NCBI GenBank assembly: GCA_021432655.1 | Contig: MU271685.1 | Coordinates: 1 to 32,285 of the forward strand | Length of the DNA: 32,285 bases | Direction of reading: 5' to 3' | Source: Atractiella rhizophila | Lineage: Eukaryota | Part shown: one piece after another, positions 10,189 to 21,400 of the stretch | Layout: each line of letters begins with the position of its first letter | Position numbering within the stretch: the first letter of the stretch is position 1 | Position numbers and translations under genes: made by a program | The notes under the pieces: model-generated | The model's database searches: none | Told to the model about the DNA's origin: nothing | The model's input: the letters and a program-made list of their open reading frames with translations, nothing else

Positions 10189-11301
10189 GATTTCCTCTTC
10201 ACGTTGTTCGCGAGTTCGATGTTTCGATTTGGTGTACCTGCTAGGTTAGTATAGAACAGGGAAGGGATACCCTTTTAATGAGAGGAAAAGACGCGTCAGA
10301 TACCAAGGCTTGCGAGTCGTGGTGAGCGAATGACAAAGCGTGGAACCCCGGTTGTTCGCGAACAACCGAGAACTTTGTCTTTGTCAGTCCGTTGCACTAC
10401 TCAATAACATGCTCCAGATCACCTCCAGCGACTCCTATGAAAGAGAGAGAGGTTAGAGGCGTCTTAAGATTACCGAACACGAAAGTTGGATTATGTGCAT
10501 TGTGAGGTTGGGGTTATGTCTGGAGGTCGACGTCTGGCATTGAGAAGAGTTGGGAACTATTGAGAAAAGCAAAGATCAGCAAGGCTGAATGGATCGTTTG
10601 GTCCGCGTTTCTTCGATTTTCAATGTCCCAAGAGGAAGGTTGCGTTATGTACCACAAATTAATGTTCTTGACAAGTTTTGTACATGTCCGCTAGCTTGAA
10701 AGTCTCAACTCCTCTGGAGCTTGGAGCGTCAATGCTTGCTGATCGATGGTCATGAGGCTCGTCAAAGCGGCAAATTGTCATCGTATCCATTGTTTCAGGC
10801 TCAACTTTCCTTGGACATTTCCAAGCAAAGGAGCTTGACCCTCCCATTGCAAAGTAAGGTGGCAAAGAACGCAAGAACCGCCTACTCATCCCTTTTTCTT
10901 TATGATTTCGAGAGTCGCGACGCACAATCAATCTGTAGTAAGTCGAGCAACTCGGAGCAACTACTCGATAAAGTCTAGACGCTACCACTTGCCTGCTCTC
11001 AGCACTTCTGATAACAACTGGGCTCTCTTGAAATTTTTCAAGCAAAGAATTGTAGTGCAACTGTTTGAGTGCCAGTTAAAACCCTTTGTAAGAACAGCAA
11101 GCAAGCAACAGATTATGTATTGTTACCTGAATACGTCAGAGTCCCAAACAAGGTGTGAAGTTCTGTAGAGCAGGAGATGTCTGTGCACGATGGCCAAATT
11201 GCAAACTTTGGTTTGTTACATACATGCAGGACCATCTGACTTTCGATGACCATTCCATCCGCACTCTTTCATTCTTTGATAATACATTCCAAATTATCGT
11301 T

Positions 11302-13553
11302 TCAACACCCTTGACCAACAGGCGCGAGGTTTCCGTTGCAGCAAGCGTAGAGAGAAGGTTGGTAGCAAGAACCACCACATTGATAGTTTCCAGCAGGACA
11401 GAGAACGTTATTCGGCGAGCAAGTGTATTGAGAGGACGTGAATCCTGCTCCGGCGCAGAAGCAGAGGTTGGATGCGCTAGCTAAAGCTCCGTTCGAGCAG
11501 CATTGAGAGGAAGGATTGTAGCAGCTGCCGTTGCACCAATGTTGACCGGAGGGGCAGACGTGTCCGTTGTCGCAGACTGTTCTCACAGGGTAAGCTAACA
11601 TCGAAGAGAGAAAATAACCAATAATACCTTGAGACGAGGTGTAGCTAACGCCATTGCAAGTCCCAGCAGCTCCTCCTCCTCCTCCTCCTCCACCGCCACT
11701 GCTGCCACCACCAGGCGCAGTACCGAAGAGATCTGTACCTCTAGGGCAGAGTTCGATTGTGTAGCTTAGCGTATTATAACCGGCTGAGTTGAAACTGGAG
11801 CAGGTCGCAGTCGAGGAGTGATCGTCATAAGCTTTACGAGAAACATTCGGCATCAATAAATGCCAATTTATCATTAAACCCACTCACGGAAAGTGTACGC
11901 AGAAGGAGCTCCCTCTTTGATCCAACGAATGGTAGGGAGAACATTGCTCGTCCATACCGGCGAATTATTGATGCAATCTTGCGTAGCTGTACACATGGAC
12001 TGTCATCAGAATCGTGAAGGACGGAGGAGTTTGACTGACCAGCGGGAACCACCGAAGTACCAAGAAGGCTTTCCCACTGTGCACAACCACAACAGCGGTT
12101 GTCCGCTCCAGGTTGGTAGCAAGAACCAGATGTAGCTCCGTCTGCGAAGTCTCCATCAGTCCAAATTGGATAAAAAGAAAAGAAGAGTTTACCGCAGCCT
12201 TGGAGATGAGCGATGTCGGAGACGATTCCGCCGTTGTTGATCTGGTTGGGGCAGCTGAAAATTGAAGAGCTAGATTGGAGGACACAGCCCTAGTACCGTA
12301 CACTTAGCGATTTACAGCATTCTGCAGGCAAAGCGAACTTGATTAGCGGACCAGTACCTAGACCATGTGAGCGTTTATGTGGCATGGCAAGAAGTCGACT
12401 TACCCGGTCAACGTGCCACAAGCGCGGGAGAGAACTCCATTCTTGTAAACAGTCCCACAATATTGTCCCGATGGGCATTGAGAAGAAGCGGAACAGCTAG
12501 CTCCAGATCCCCCACTGACCCAAATGTACTTGTGATCTGGCGGAGAGAACTTCCAGCTACTGGAGCCGAGGCCTGTCGAAGGAACCACACCTCCTGCAGA
12601 ATGAAAATATCGTGCAGTCAGCAACCTATTCGAACTGAGAAGATGAATGATGTACCCATGTTCGCACACTGGTACGGGTTGTTTCCGTCCCTTGTGATGA
12701 CACTTGGTGTGAAGACAATAGGTACATTGATACCTAAACGTAACGTGCATTAGAACTTCGAATCGTTTGATTCGAGGGGTAGCCTGCCGTGTATATTGGA
12801 CTGTCGCGTGTGGTTATTACCAAATATAATGTGAGGTGAAAGAGGGAACCAACCACGTCGTAAAAATCAACACCCTTCTTTACGAGTGTGATTTCAGCTT
12901 TGCCTCCAACAGGAGCCGCACATCCTGAATTCGTACAAGTCGTTGCGTCTGCAGAACAGCTTGATCCATCTTCACCTATATCCTATAATGTCAGGTGGCG
13001 TGGTAACGGAGCAATGAACAATAAATACAAAACGCTAAGTACGCAATTTCAGCCTTTCAGTCGCTGTACTCTAGAATTGCTATAAAAAAACAAACCAAAA
13101 TTTCCGCTCCAAGTGATGTCGAGGCCGTTGTTCTGCAAAACGTTATTTGAGACGAAGACAAAAGGTGACAAGAGGACACTGACGACAAACGGGAGGTTGA
13201 TGCTGCTTTGTTGCCCTGGGTTAAGCTTCCAGTTCCCATGAGAAGGAGTGGGTGTATTCCAGAAGCAGATCCCAGCAGCTTCATATCCAATGAGACAGTG
13301 GTATTTGTAACACAGGAAAAGAAAGCACCAGAATTACAATAAGAACCAGCAGGGCAGCCCTGAGCACACGTCCCAGTAGAACTAGCAGAGGGTATAAACA
13401 TCATGTTTGGCCGCAAATCATTACTTACCCAGTGACAGGCTGAATGTAGACAGCCCTCCCGCAAGAATTGATGAAATTGAAGGCTCTTGCTGGACCTTGA
13501 GCGGCGGCTAGCTGGAGAAGCGCGCCGAAGACGAGAACCACGGGTGACAACAT
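11302..13553 (-). CDS. Secreted Cys-rich thaumatin-like protein with a poly-Gly linker and tandem CBM52-like (Carb_bind) modules, ~504 aa, 15 exons
   Basis: Exons 13553-13429, 13381-13329, 13278-13184, 13132-13096, 13034-13029, 12975-12854, 12800-12788, 12733-12656, 12593-12404, 12357-12339, 12289-12193, 12141-12040, 11986-11888, 11831-11628 and 11576-11302 splice in frame. Signal peptide MLSPVVLVFGALLQLAAA. Thaumatin motifs RAFNFINSC, WSGNF, AEITL..DFYDVS..GINVP, AYTFPYDDHSSTATC..YTIELCP. C-terminal CNGSCYNPSSQCCSNG and CGGSCYQPSLYACCNGNL repeats. Confidence 0.88.
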
Positions 13554-15243
13554 CTTCAATACCTCTGAGGAGTTGAGCTGAGCTGGTCAACAAGGGAAGA
13601 AAGTCGCAGCATGTCTACGTCCCCTTTTATCGCCCCAGACATTCTAGTAGTGCCATGAGGTCTAAAGCATTCCGCCCACTCTCTGACGCACACCAAATTG
13701 AGGACGGCGCTGTTGCAACGTATGAAAGAACGTTCTGAACAGGCGGAAGTGAATGCTTCTCTTGATCATCGACAGATCCTGAATCCTCTGCTGATTGCTA
13801 GCATGCGATAAAAGCGAGGAGGAGGATGGAGAAGTTGGTGGGTGTGGGGAGAAGTTGAGCATCCACATGGATCGACATCTGATTGTAGTGATCCCAAGAT
13901 TTCGCCAATCATCTGCTGATCTATCAGGATCTATCGATGCGCCCGTTAATCCCAGACTTGGGGCTGTTCCGTTGTTCCGTTGGCTGCCAGCGGAACAACT
14001 TAGGCAACAACAAAAAGACGAAGAAGTCGCAGAGGGGAAGCCTCCGAGTGTTGTTCGATGTGGAGCTAGGGAGCAAATTAGTGTCGATACTTCAGTGCGG
14101 AGCAAAGCTTCGTGCAGCAGGAGGCTTCAATAGCAAGGCAAGGGAAATGATGTGCAGGTAGTCACTCTCACCAATGCAATCATCGCACCTTGATGGTGGA
14201 AAATAATGTCAATAAATGTTTGTAGGCTTCGGTATGCTGTTCTTTATTACGCCTAAGCATAAACATGTGGCTGAGTTTTAGCTTATGATAAATACCATGA
14301 AGAAGTCTGAAATAATTTGAAGAAGACTGAATGCAAGCTGCACATGTTGTTACCGTTCAGCCGCTTTGCACCTGAGACTTTTGAACACAAACTTCCGGCC
14401 AGTTGCGAGGAAAAGTTGTTGTCTCACCATTGCTACAGTTGACATTAGGAAACTTTATGGAGATAAATGTTCTTTGTTCTTCAGCGTTTTCGCAAGCGAA
14501 TCGGTGAGAGGACATTGTTATCCTTCCCTGCGATGCCTCAGTATGAAGTTGAACAGGGTTTCGGATCGACATCTGTCTATACTTGCATGCTCAATTTTCT
14601 TTGATATGCTGAGAAACCATTGCGTTACCTTAAGCTCGTCACCTGGTGTCAGGTCTTAAAAGAGGACGCATAATTGGAAACTTATCTAGAAAGGAATAAG
14701 ATAATTCGTGAAGCGTTGAGTTGATATTTCGCAGAGGCAGAGACAGAATGTGGCAAGTTGAACAACGGGGAAAGTTCACCGTTAGCACTGATATTATGCT
14801 CAAGAAGAACTGCATGCCGGCATCTGATACGTACTTCCAGATAGAACCAGATATCCTCAGAGCAGAAACAAAGGCTGCATTGGGCTGTTTAGCAAGTTCT
14901 ATAGTTATGACTCGTCAGTCCAAGCTTCAGCTTCTGTCCCCTTGAATTGAGAACGTGGAGGGCAAAATTATTGAAGTAACACTGAGCATTGCTCGCAAAC
15001 TCGATGCTTCTGTTCCGTTGATTTTCAGGAGTGGAATTTCAGCAGGCATGCACCTGCTGACAAAGCAGTTCTGTCCGCTGCCAGAGTGGGGCCGTGAATA
15101 AGGTTTGCTCCTTGTAATTACAAATTCCCCGGCGCATTCTCTGACAAATCTCAAAAAACTTGCCCCCGCCAAATTCGCTTACTGCTTCGCTTATAAGACC
15201 TCCTCCGCCTGCCACTTCAGCGACATCACGCACAAGTTTGACC

Positions 15244-16107
15244 ATGTCTCCTCCAGTTACCATCGCGGCCCCTCCGACTCCGGCGCCTGCCGCCACCGTC
15301 AAGACCAACGGAACTCATCTTCCCGATGTTGATTTCAAAACAGACTCGATCGAGGAAGCTCTGACGGCCTTGAAGGACGGGGAAATGATTCTGGTTCTGG
15401 ATGATTATGACAGGGAGAACGAGGCGGACTTTGTCATTGCAGCTGAGAAGTGCACAACCGAACAAATGGCCTTTATCATCAAGCATTCAAGGTGAGTGTC
15501 AGCTCTTCGGAAGGACACCATGTAATGGAATGTAGTGGGTACGTGTGCGTGTGCCTTCCACCAGAGCGCGTTGAGGAGCTCGAGCTTCCCATGATGTATC
15601 CTCAAAACACCGAGCGTCACAAGACGGCATACACAATCACTGTGGACCATTTTGAAGGTTCGTCGGCACTTTCTTCGCTTCATGACATTGCATTTATCGT
15701 TGGAAAGGTACCACCACTGGGATCTCTGCGCACGATCGCGCCTTTACGAGTCGAGCTCTCGCAAATCCCACTTCAAAGCCTTCAGATTTCTCCCGTCCCG
15801 GCCACATTCTCCCTCTCCGCGCTGTGGCGAATGGAGTTTTCGAAAGGCGAGGACATACCGAAGCGGCGGTCGGTGAGCACGCTTCATCTTCCGAAGACAA
15901 GACACAGAGTCATGCTCACTTGTCATAGATTTGGCAAAGCTCGCTGGACTCTCCCCTGCAGCCGTAATCTGTGAACTCGTCAAGCCTGACGATCCTATGG
16001 GATCGATGGCAAGGAAGGAGGATAGCTTCGCTTTCGCTCGAAAGCATGGACTGAAGTTGGTTACTATTCGTGACCTTGTAACTTATCGACAACAGCACTC
16101 GTTGTGA
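15244..16107 (+). CDS. RIB3: 3,4-dihydroxy-2-butanone 4-phosphate synthase (riboflavin biosynthesis)
   Basis: Exons 15244-15491, 15536-15657, 15708-15872 and 15929-16107. Motifs [54 protein letters not shown]. Confidence 0.97.
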
Positions 16108-16324
16108 TTGCAGTGGTAAGCACCAAGTCTCGTTTGTCAGATGTCTGAGTTGCTAATTTTTAAGGTTAGTATGGGATTTGGGATTTTGCATGTAATTTAA
16201 TAACACCTATTCGTTCTTTTCACAGCTTCCAAAGAACGGTGTCGTTGTAAGTCGACGGCCTTGAGTTGAGGTGGCTCGGAGACGAGCCGAACTTGGTAGC
16301 CGGTTCCTGCTGATAGGCGCGGAA

Positions 16325-16356
16325 AGCTTTTCAAAATCCTAGCTTTTCAAAATCCT
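16325..16356. repeat. Perfect 16-bp tandem repeat AGCTTTTCAAAATCCT x2 upstream of the Rad51-paralogue gene
   Basis: 16325-16340 and 16341-16356 are identical. Confidence 0.9.
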
Positions 16357-16544
16357 CGTTCATGATGATCCAAGTACCACGACAACCTTTCAGTTTCAGC
16401 TTATCAGTTCCGGATTTGCCACCATTGCTTTACCTTTTATGCAGTTCAGGTGTCTCGTTATTAAAGACACGATCGCGCTATCAACGTCACGTGTTTAACA
16501 TTGAGAAAGCTTGATCACCCCAGCAAAACAGCGTCAACGTCAGG

Positions 16545-17616
16545 ATGTCAACGCCTGGCTCTTCTGCTTCTGCTTCTGCTTCCACTTCCACTTCCACTCA
16601 GACAGCAACCTCTTTACTCCGTACAGTCGCTGATCCAAGTCTCGCGCGTTATTCCACTGGTAGCTCAACCTTCGATAAACTCATCTCCCCCAAACCACTT
16701 AACACGCGTTTTTCACGAAATCAGCGCTCCTCTAGCAAAGCTGGGTCGTTGGGTTTACCTCCTGGAAAAGTACTACACATCTCTGGACCACCGGCAAGTG
16801 GGAAGACAAAGATTTGCAAGGCATTTGTGAGGAAGGAGTTGGAGCAGGGAGGCGAAGTCATTGTCATCGGTCTGCTTTCCGCCAATACATTAGTATAACT
16901 AAATCAATTGAAAACGTTCCGGGTCCAGAGTCTTCTGCTGTCTATTCGAAAGCCACATTTAGCTCCTCAAAACTGAAAATCTACCATCTTGCTACAGCAG
17001 CCTCCATCCTTGCTTTTTTCTACGACTCCTCAGCCTTTGCTCGGACCGTCACTTTGGTCATAATCGACTCGCTTAACATCTTCCTTCGTTCAGAAGTACC
17101 TCCAACACCAGCTTCCGATTCAGACGATGATGACGACCCACATCCAAAGGTACGATCAAAAGCACAAAATGGTCTACCTCGAACGCCACCCCAGCTTCGC
17201 ACAGCTCTACACACCGAACTTTCACGCCTGCTTTCAGATTCCTTGAAACGGAACCCGAGGCTTAGCATCATTTGTACACATAATCCAGTCACGAAGGTAG
17301 ACGGAGATTGGAGGGGTTTTGACCCTGTTTCATTGGCGGGGCTGGACTCTGCCGAGACGGTGAAACTTATTCTCTGGAGGGACGCCCAGGGCGAGAGGTG
17401 CGCGCTTTCTTTCGCTGCAATATTTGACTGACACTTAGCCTCGTGTTCAGAATGGCGCGTGTCTACGCTGCTCCGTTTGACACGCAAGCGACGGAAGAAC
17501 GGTTTCGCATCACCTTAGACGGGATCGAGGACTTCCTAGATGACGATGAGTTGGCGTATGAGGAATTAAGGAAAGCTGATGAGGAACGAGAGCGTAAGCG
17601 GCGAAAAGTAGAGTGA
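16545..17616 (+). CDS. RecA/Rad51-family paralogue (Rad55/RAD51C-like)
   Basis: Exons 16545-16869, 16929-17397 and 17451-17616. STGSSTFDKLI; GLPPGKVLHISGPPASGKT (Walker A); LVIIDSL (Walker B); Rad51-type FRITLDGIED tail; C-terminal NLS-like RKRRK. Confidence 0.82.
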
Positions 17617-18416
17617 ATGAGGGTTGGGTAATTCCTCAGGTTCTCTTATTGTCGCTGATTTGTACATTGAAGCTGCCGCCAGTCAAGGAGAAACTACGGC
17701 GATATTGGACGGAATCCAAGATCCAAGTAGAAGCATCCAGGCTTGGACGACCTGCAGAGAGGTTGCCCAGCCGAAAGTAGTAAGAAACAAAACCCAACGT
17801 AGCATAGGCTATTTATGTTGTTGCCTCTGAGAATCCTAGGGTTCGCCTGTTGCTGAACTAATCCCTCATCATTCAACTCAACAATGAACAAAGTAGATCA
17901 AAAAGCCACAAGTATAGAATGAGAGACCAAGCTCAGGGAGTCATACATAGCGGCATTACATTTGGGCGTTATCATTATTACCCATGATAGTTGATGATAA
18001 GTTCTAATTTTGTTAATGTTTGTTAATATCTTTGTTATTGCGCAGTAAACCTTTTTCTCGCCCTATCAGCCGGAATCGGACACCCGGCTCCTGAGGCATC
18101 AGGTGACAAAAGACGACCACAACTCCTGAACTAACAACTGAGAAAGCATTCTCTCCTTCTACACTGGACTTTGAAATCATCTGGGATAAAAGATAAACAC
18201 GTGTAGTACCTTTAGTGCAGAGTTTGGCACCTTTTTCCAGTTTGGGGCGAATAAACATGGTGAGTGGATTATCTCTCAACTATGGGGCTGGGAGTGTGAA
18301 TGCGAGTTTAACAAGGGAGGCTGCATATATTGTCTCTCCCTCGCATTTTTACGTGTCTTATGTTGGTATTGTGACTAATATCTACTGTATTTCTCCCAAA
18401 GGAAACCCCAAACACG

Positions 18417-21400
18417 ATGGTAAGTTATAGTCTCCTGGTCGATATCTCATACCGAAGGACTCGCAGCAGAAACGGCAGTCGATCTTCGACTTTCTGGGTC
18501 AACTGCAAAGGCATTTTGAGGCCGAATCGACGCCTTCGCCTGATGACCCCGAGCGGAAGACGGTCCAACTTCAGAAAATTCCAATCCTACTCGACACGCT
18601 CCAATCAGAAATCAATCTCACTCTTCTCTCTGAACAAGACAGGGAGACAATGATGGCCGCTATCACTTCTGCGCCGACCGTCGAAGTCACGTTTGATGAT
18701 ATGCTGCCTCTGCTTGGACAAGTGTTAGGCGGAGGACCTCCACCTACTCAAGAGAGAAGCGGAGGCGTTACTGAAACGGGGAGGTATGTAACATGCTTCT
18801 TAACCGTCTGTCTTGCTGAAACGCAAAACGCAGTCCAATCCCTAGGCGTCGAAGGTTAACAAGATCCAAGAACCTCACAGGCGACGACGATTCGAGTTCA
18901 AATTCTGACGGTGATACCTCTCAGGACCGCACTCTTAATAATGACATCGCCGCGTCCCTTGTCCCTGCCTCGAAAAATAAATCTTCTTCTGGATCAGGAT
19001 CTAGCTCCAGCAGTTCTAGTGATTCTCCACCAGGAGAACGTCCACCTTCTCCATTTACGGCTACATCCGAAGTCGGTGGTCTCAAGCTTCGAGAGACCAC
19101 TCCAGATCCTGACTCTCAATTCACCTACGAGACTCCGTCCCCACGTTCTCGCTCGAGGACTACCAGCGCCAGCAGCGCAAAGTCTATAGATTCCGGACGC
19201 AATCAGCCTTCACATATCCCTCGGCTTTCCTCCTCTAGTGTCTTTGCAAACCGACAGAGATCCTCTCCACTTGTTGCAGATAGAGAAGAAGACCATCGAG
19301 CTGGTTCTGTCTCCCCCCTCCCTTCCGGAGATCACAAGCCCGCCAGACGCCACTACAACGCTCCCACAGAATCTTCCATTCGCCATGCGATGTCAAAGCC
19401 AGTTGCTCCTCACCTCAGGAAGAAGGGAGGTTCAGCTTCCCGTGCTGGGAGTAGCGAGCCGCTCAGCCCTACCATGACCCATGCATCAATCTCTTCCGGA
19501 AGGAAGAGCGTTGGGGGAGCCGATCATGACTGGGGTAACCATCCCCACCATCATGCTCATCATCACCACGACGACGAAGGTCACGGGCACGACCATGGAC
19601 GGAGTATACCTCGGGATCGAAGTGGCGGGAGCGTCGGAATGTCAGATAGGAAGGGGAGGAGGACGAGCGATGTTTCCGACACGAAAGCACACTCATCACA
19701 TTCGTCGAAAGATGGGAGCTCTCATGGAGTTGATAACACTTCTTATCACGCAGCACCCATATCTCCGCCTACCTCTCCTCAACTCGAACTCTTTGATGCC
19801 TCTCCCTTCCGCTTCCCTAGCGATTCCCCAGATTTTCTTCGCCGGCAAGGGTCAACAACCTCTTCGATGGGTCCTGGGTCTCGTCCTACCTCAGTTTATA
19901 TGGCGGATGGTGGCGCAACTTCGAGCCATAACATCCGTCCCGACACTCTTTATGGTCGCGATTCCATCTTCTTTCCTCATGGTCAAGATAGAAGCCCAAG
20001 CGGTAGTGCCATCGCCACTCCGAATCGACCAGGGAGTATGTTGGGAAATGATGCTCAAATAGAACATTTGAGGAAGACCCAGCTGGAGTTATCGAAAAAG
20101 CTTATGGCGGCCGAGAAAGCTTTGGAGCAGGAGAGAACAATGAATGAGCATGCCGTGGAGGATATCAGTGATAAGTTGGAGGAGGTGAGTTTCCAGACAG
20201 ATAACGCATGGACAGGAGTTGATGGGTGATTGATGCAGGCCCGTCAAGAGCTGCATGCGCTTCGAAGAGATAAGAAGGAATTAGCAAGCAAAGAGCAACA
20301 GAACCTCATTCAGATTACGACTCTTGAAGCGGAGATAAGCAAGCTGCAAAAGAACTTGGACAAAGCCAGAGAAGCGCATTCTCAGATGAGAAAACAATAC
20401 GATGAGCAATGTGGTAAGTCTTTTCCTCTATCTGATATGACCCACAATCATTTGTCCCTTTCTAGCTGAGGCCGACAAACTTCGTCAACTTGTTCTGGAG
20501 AGGGACGCCGACCTTCGAGCTAACGCGGAGGTTATTAACGGTCATCAAACTCAACTTGAGAATGTCAGTATTGAGCCTGTGTTTTTTTATTATCTAACGC
20601 TGTGAGCAGTGGAACACTGATCGATCTCTTCTTGAACAAGCAATCACCAACCTTGAGAAGGAGTTGGAAGAGTCGCGACGTTCGCAGGATGCGTTCGAAG
20701 AGCTCCGTCAAGATAATTCTGTCCTTCGTGAAACCATCGATCGTCTCAAATTCGATCTCGATGAGCTACGCATTAATTCTCGTCGTTCAATCATGGGCTC
20801 GGATGGCAAGACTGAATCCTTGCCCGGAAGTTTGGCGGGGAGCATTAGCAAGAGTTTGGGGAAGGAGTTGATGAAAAGGTTTGGGCAGGGAGAGAGCGAC
20901 GAGAGTGAAACGGAGGGAGAAGACGACGACAGGAAGAGGAGGGAAGGAAGTGCTGGCTCTACGGATGACTTCTATGAACATGTTACCGTCACCACACACC
21001 TGCGGAAGGTTTGTTCATTTCATTCACATCTCTTCATGAAACTTGAACCAAATAACGGAGTAGAAACGACCTTCACGCGGTCTCGCTCAGGTTGCACTGG
21101 AACCTGACCAGACTATTCACATCGACGAAGTCAGGGAAGTGACCGATGTAGAGGTCCAAGTCGACCCCGACGAGCTCGTGCCAAAGTTCGAGGCCAACAT
21201 TCAGACCGACGAGCCGCCTAAACCCGTAGAAAATGAGAAGGAAAAGACCCCTTCAATGGTTGGAGATAAGGCCAAGAGCACGAAGGAACTTCAACAGGCT
21301 TTGGCGGATGAATTGGGTGTGAGCTTGGACACCGTGAAGGACATGATAAAAGCGACCGATGAGGTTTCGAGACGGCAGAAAGCCGGGGGTGAGCGTTTCC

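Larger units (their letters stand above)
8404..11727. repeat. Tandem segmental duplication (copy A 8404-10083, copy B 10085-11727)
   Basis: Both copies start TTACACGACTCCAACG and end GGCGCAGTACCGAA, with a single A at 10084. The ends are near-identical; the central intergenic part has many substitutions and indels (1680 vs 1643 bp). Confidence 0.97.

Noticed and set aside
13662..15172. Several 70-150 aa ORFs between the thaumatin gene and RIB3
   Set aside because: No motifs and no consistent splice model; treated as intergenic, although a decayed gene cannot be excluded.
15000..15243. Possible FMN riboswitch upstream of RIB3
   Set aside because: No RFN-element consensus is visible, and FMN riboswitches are not established in fungi.
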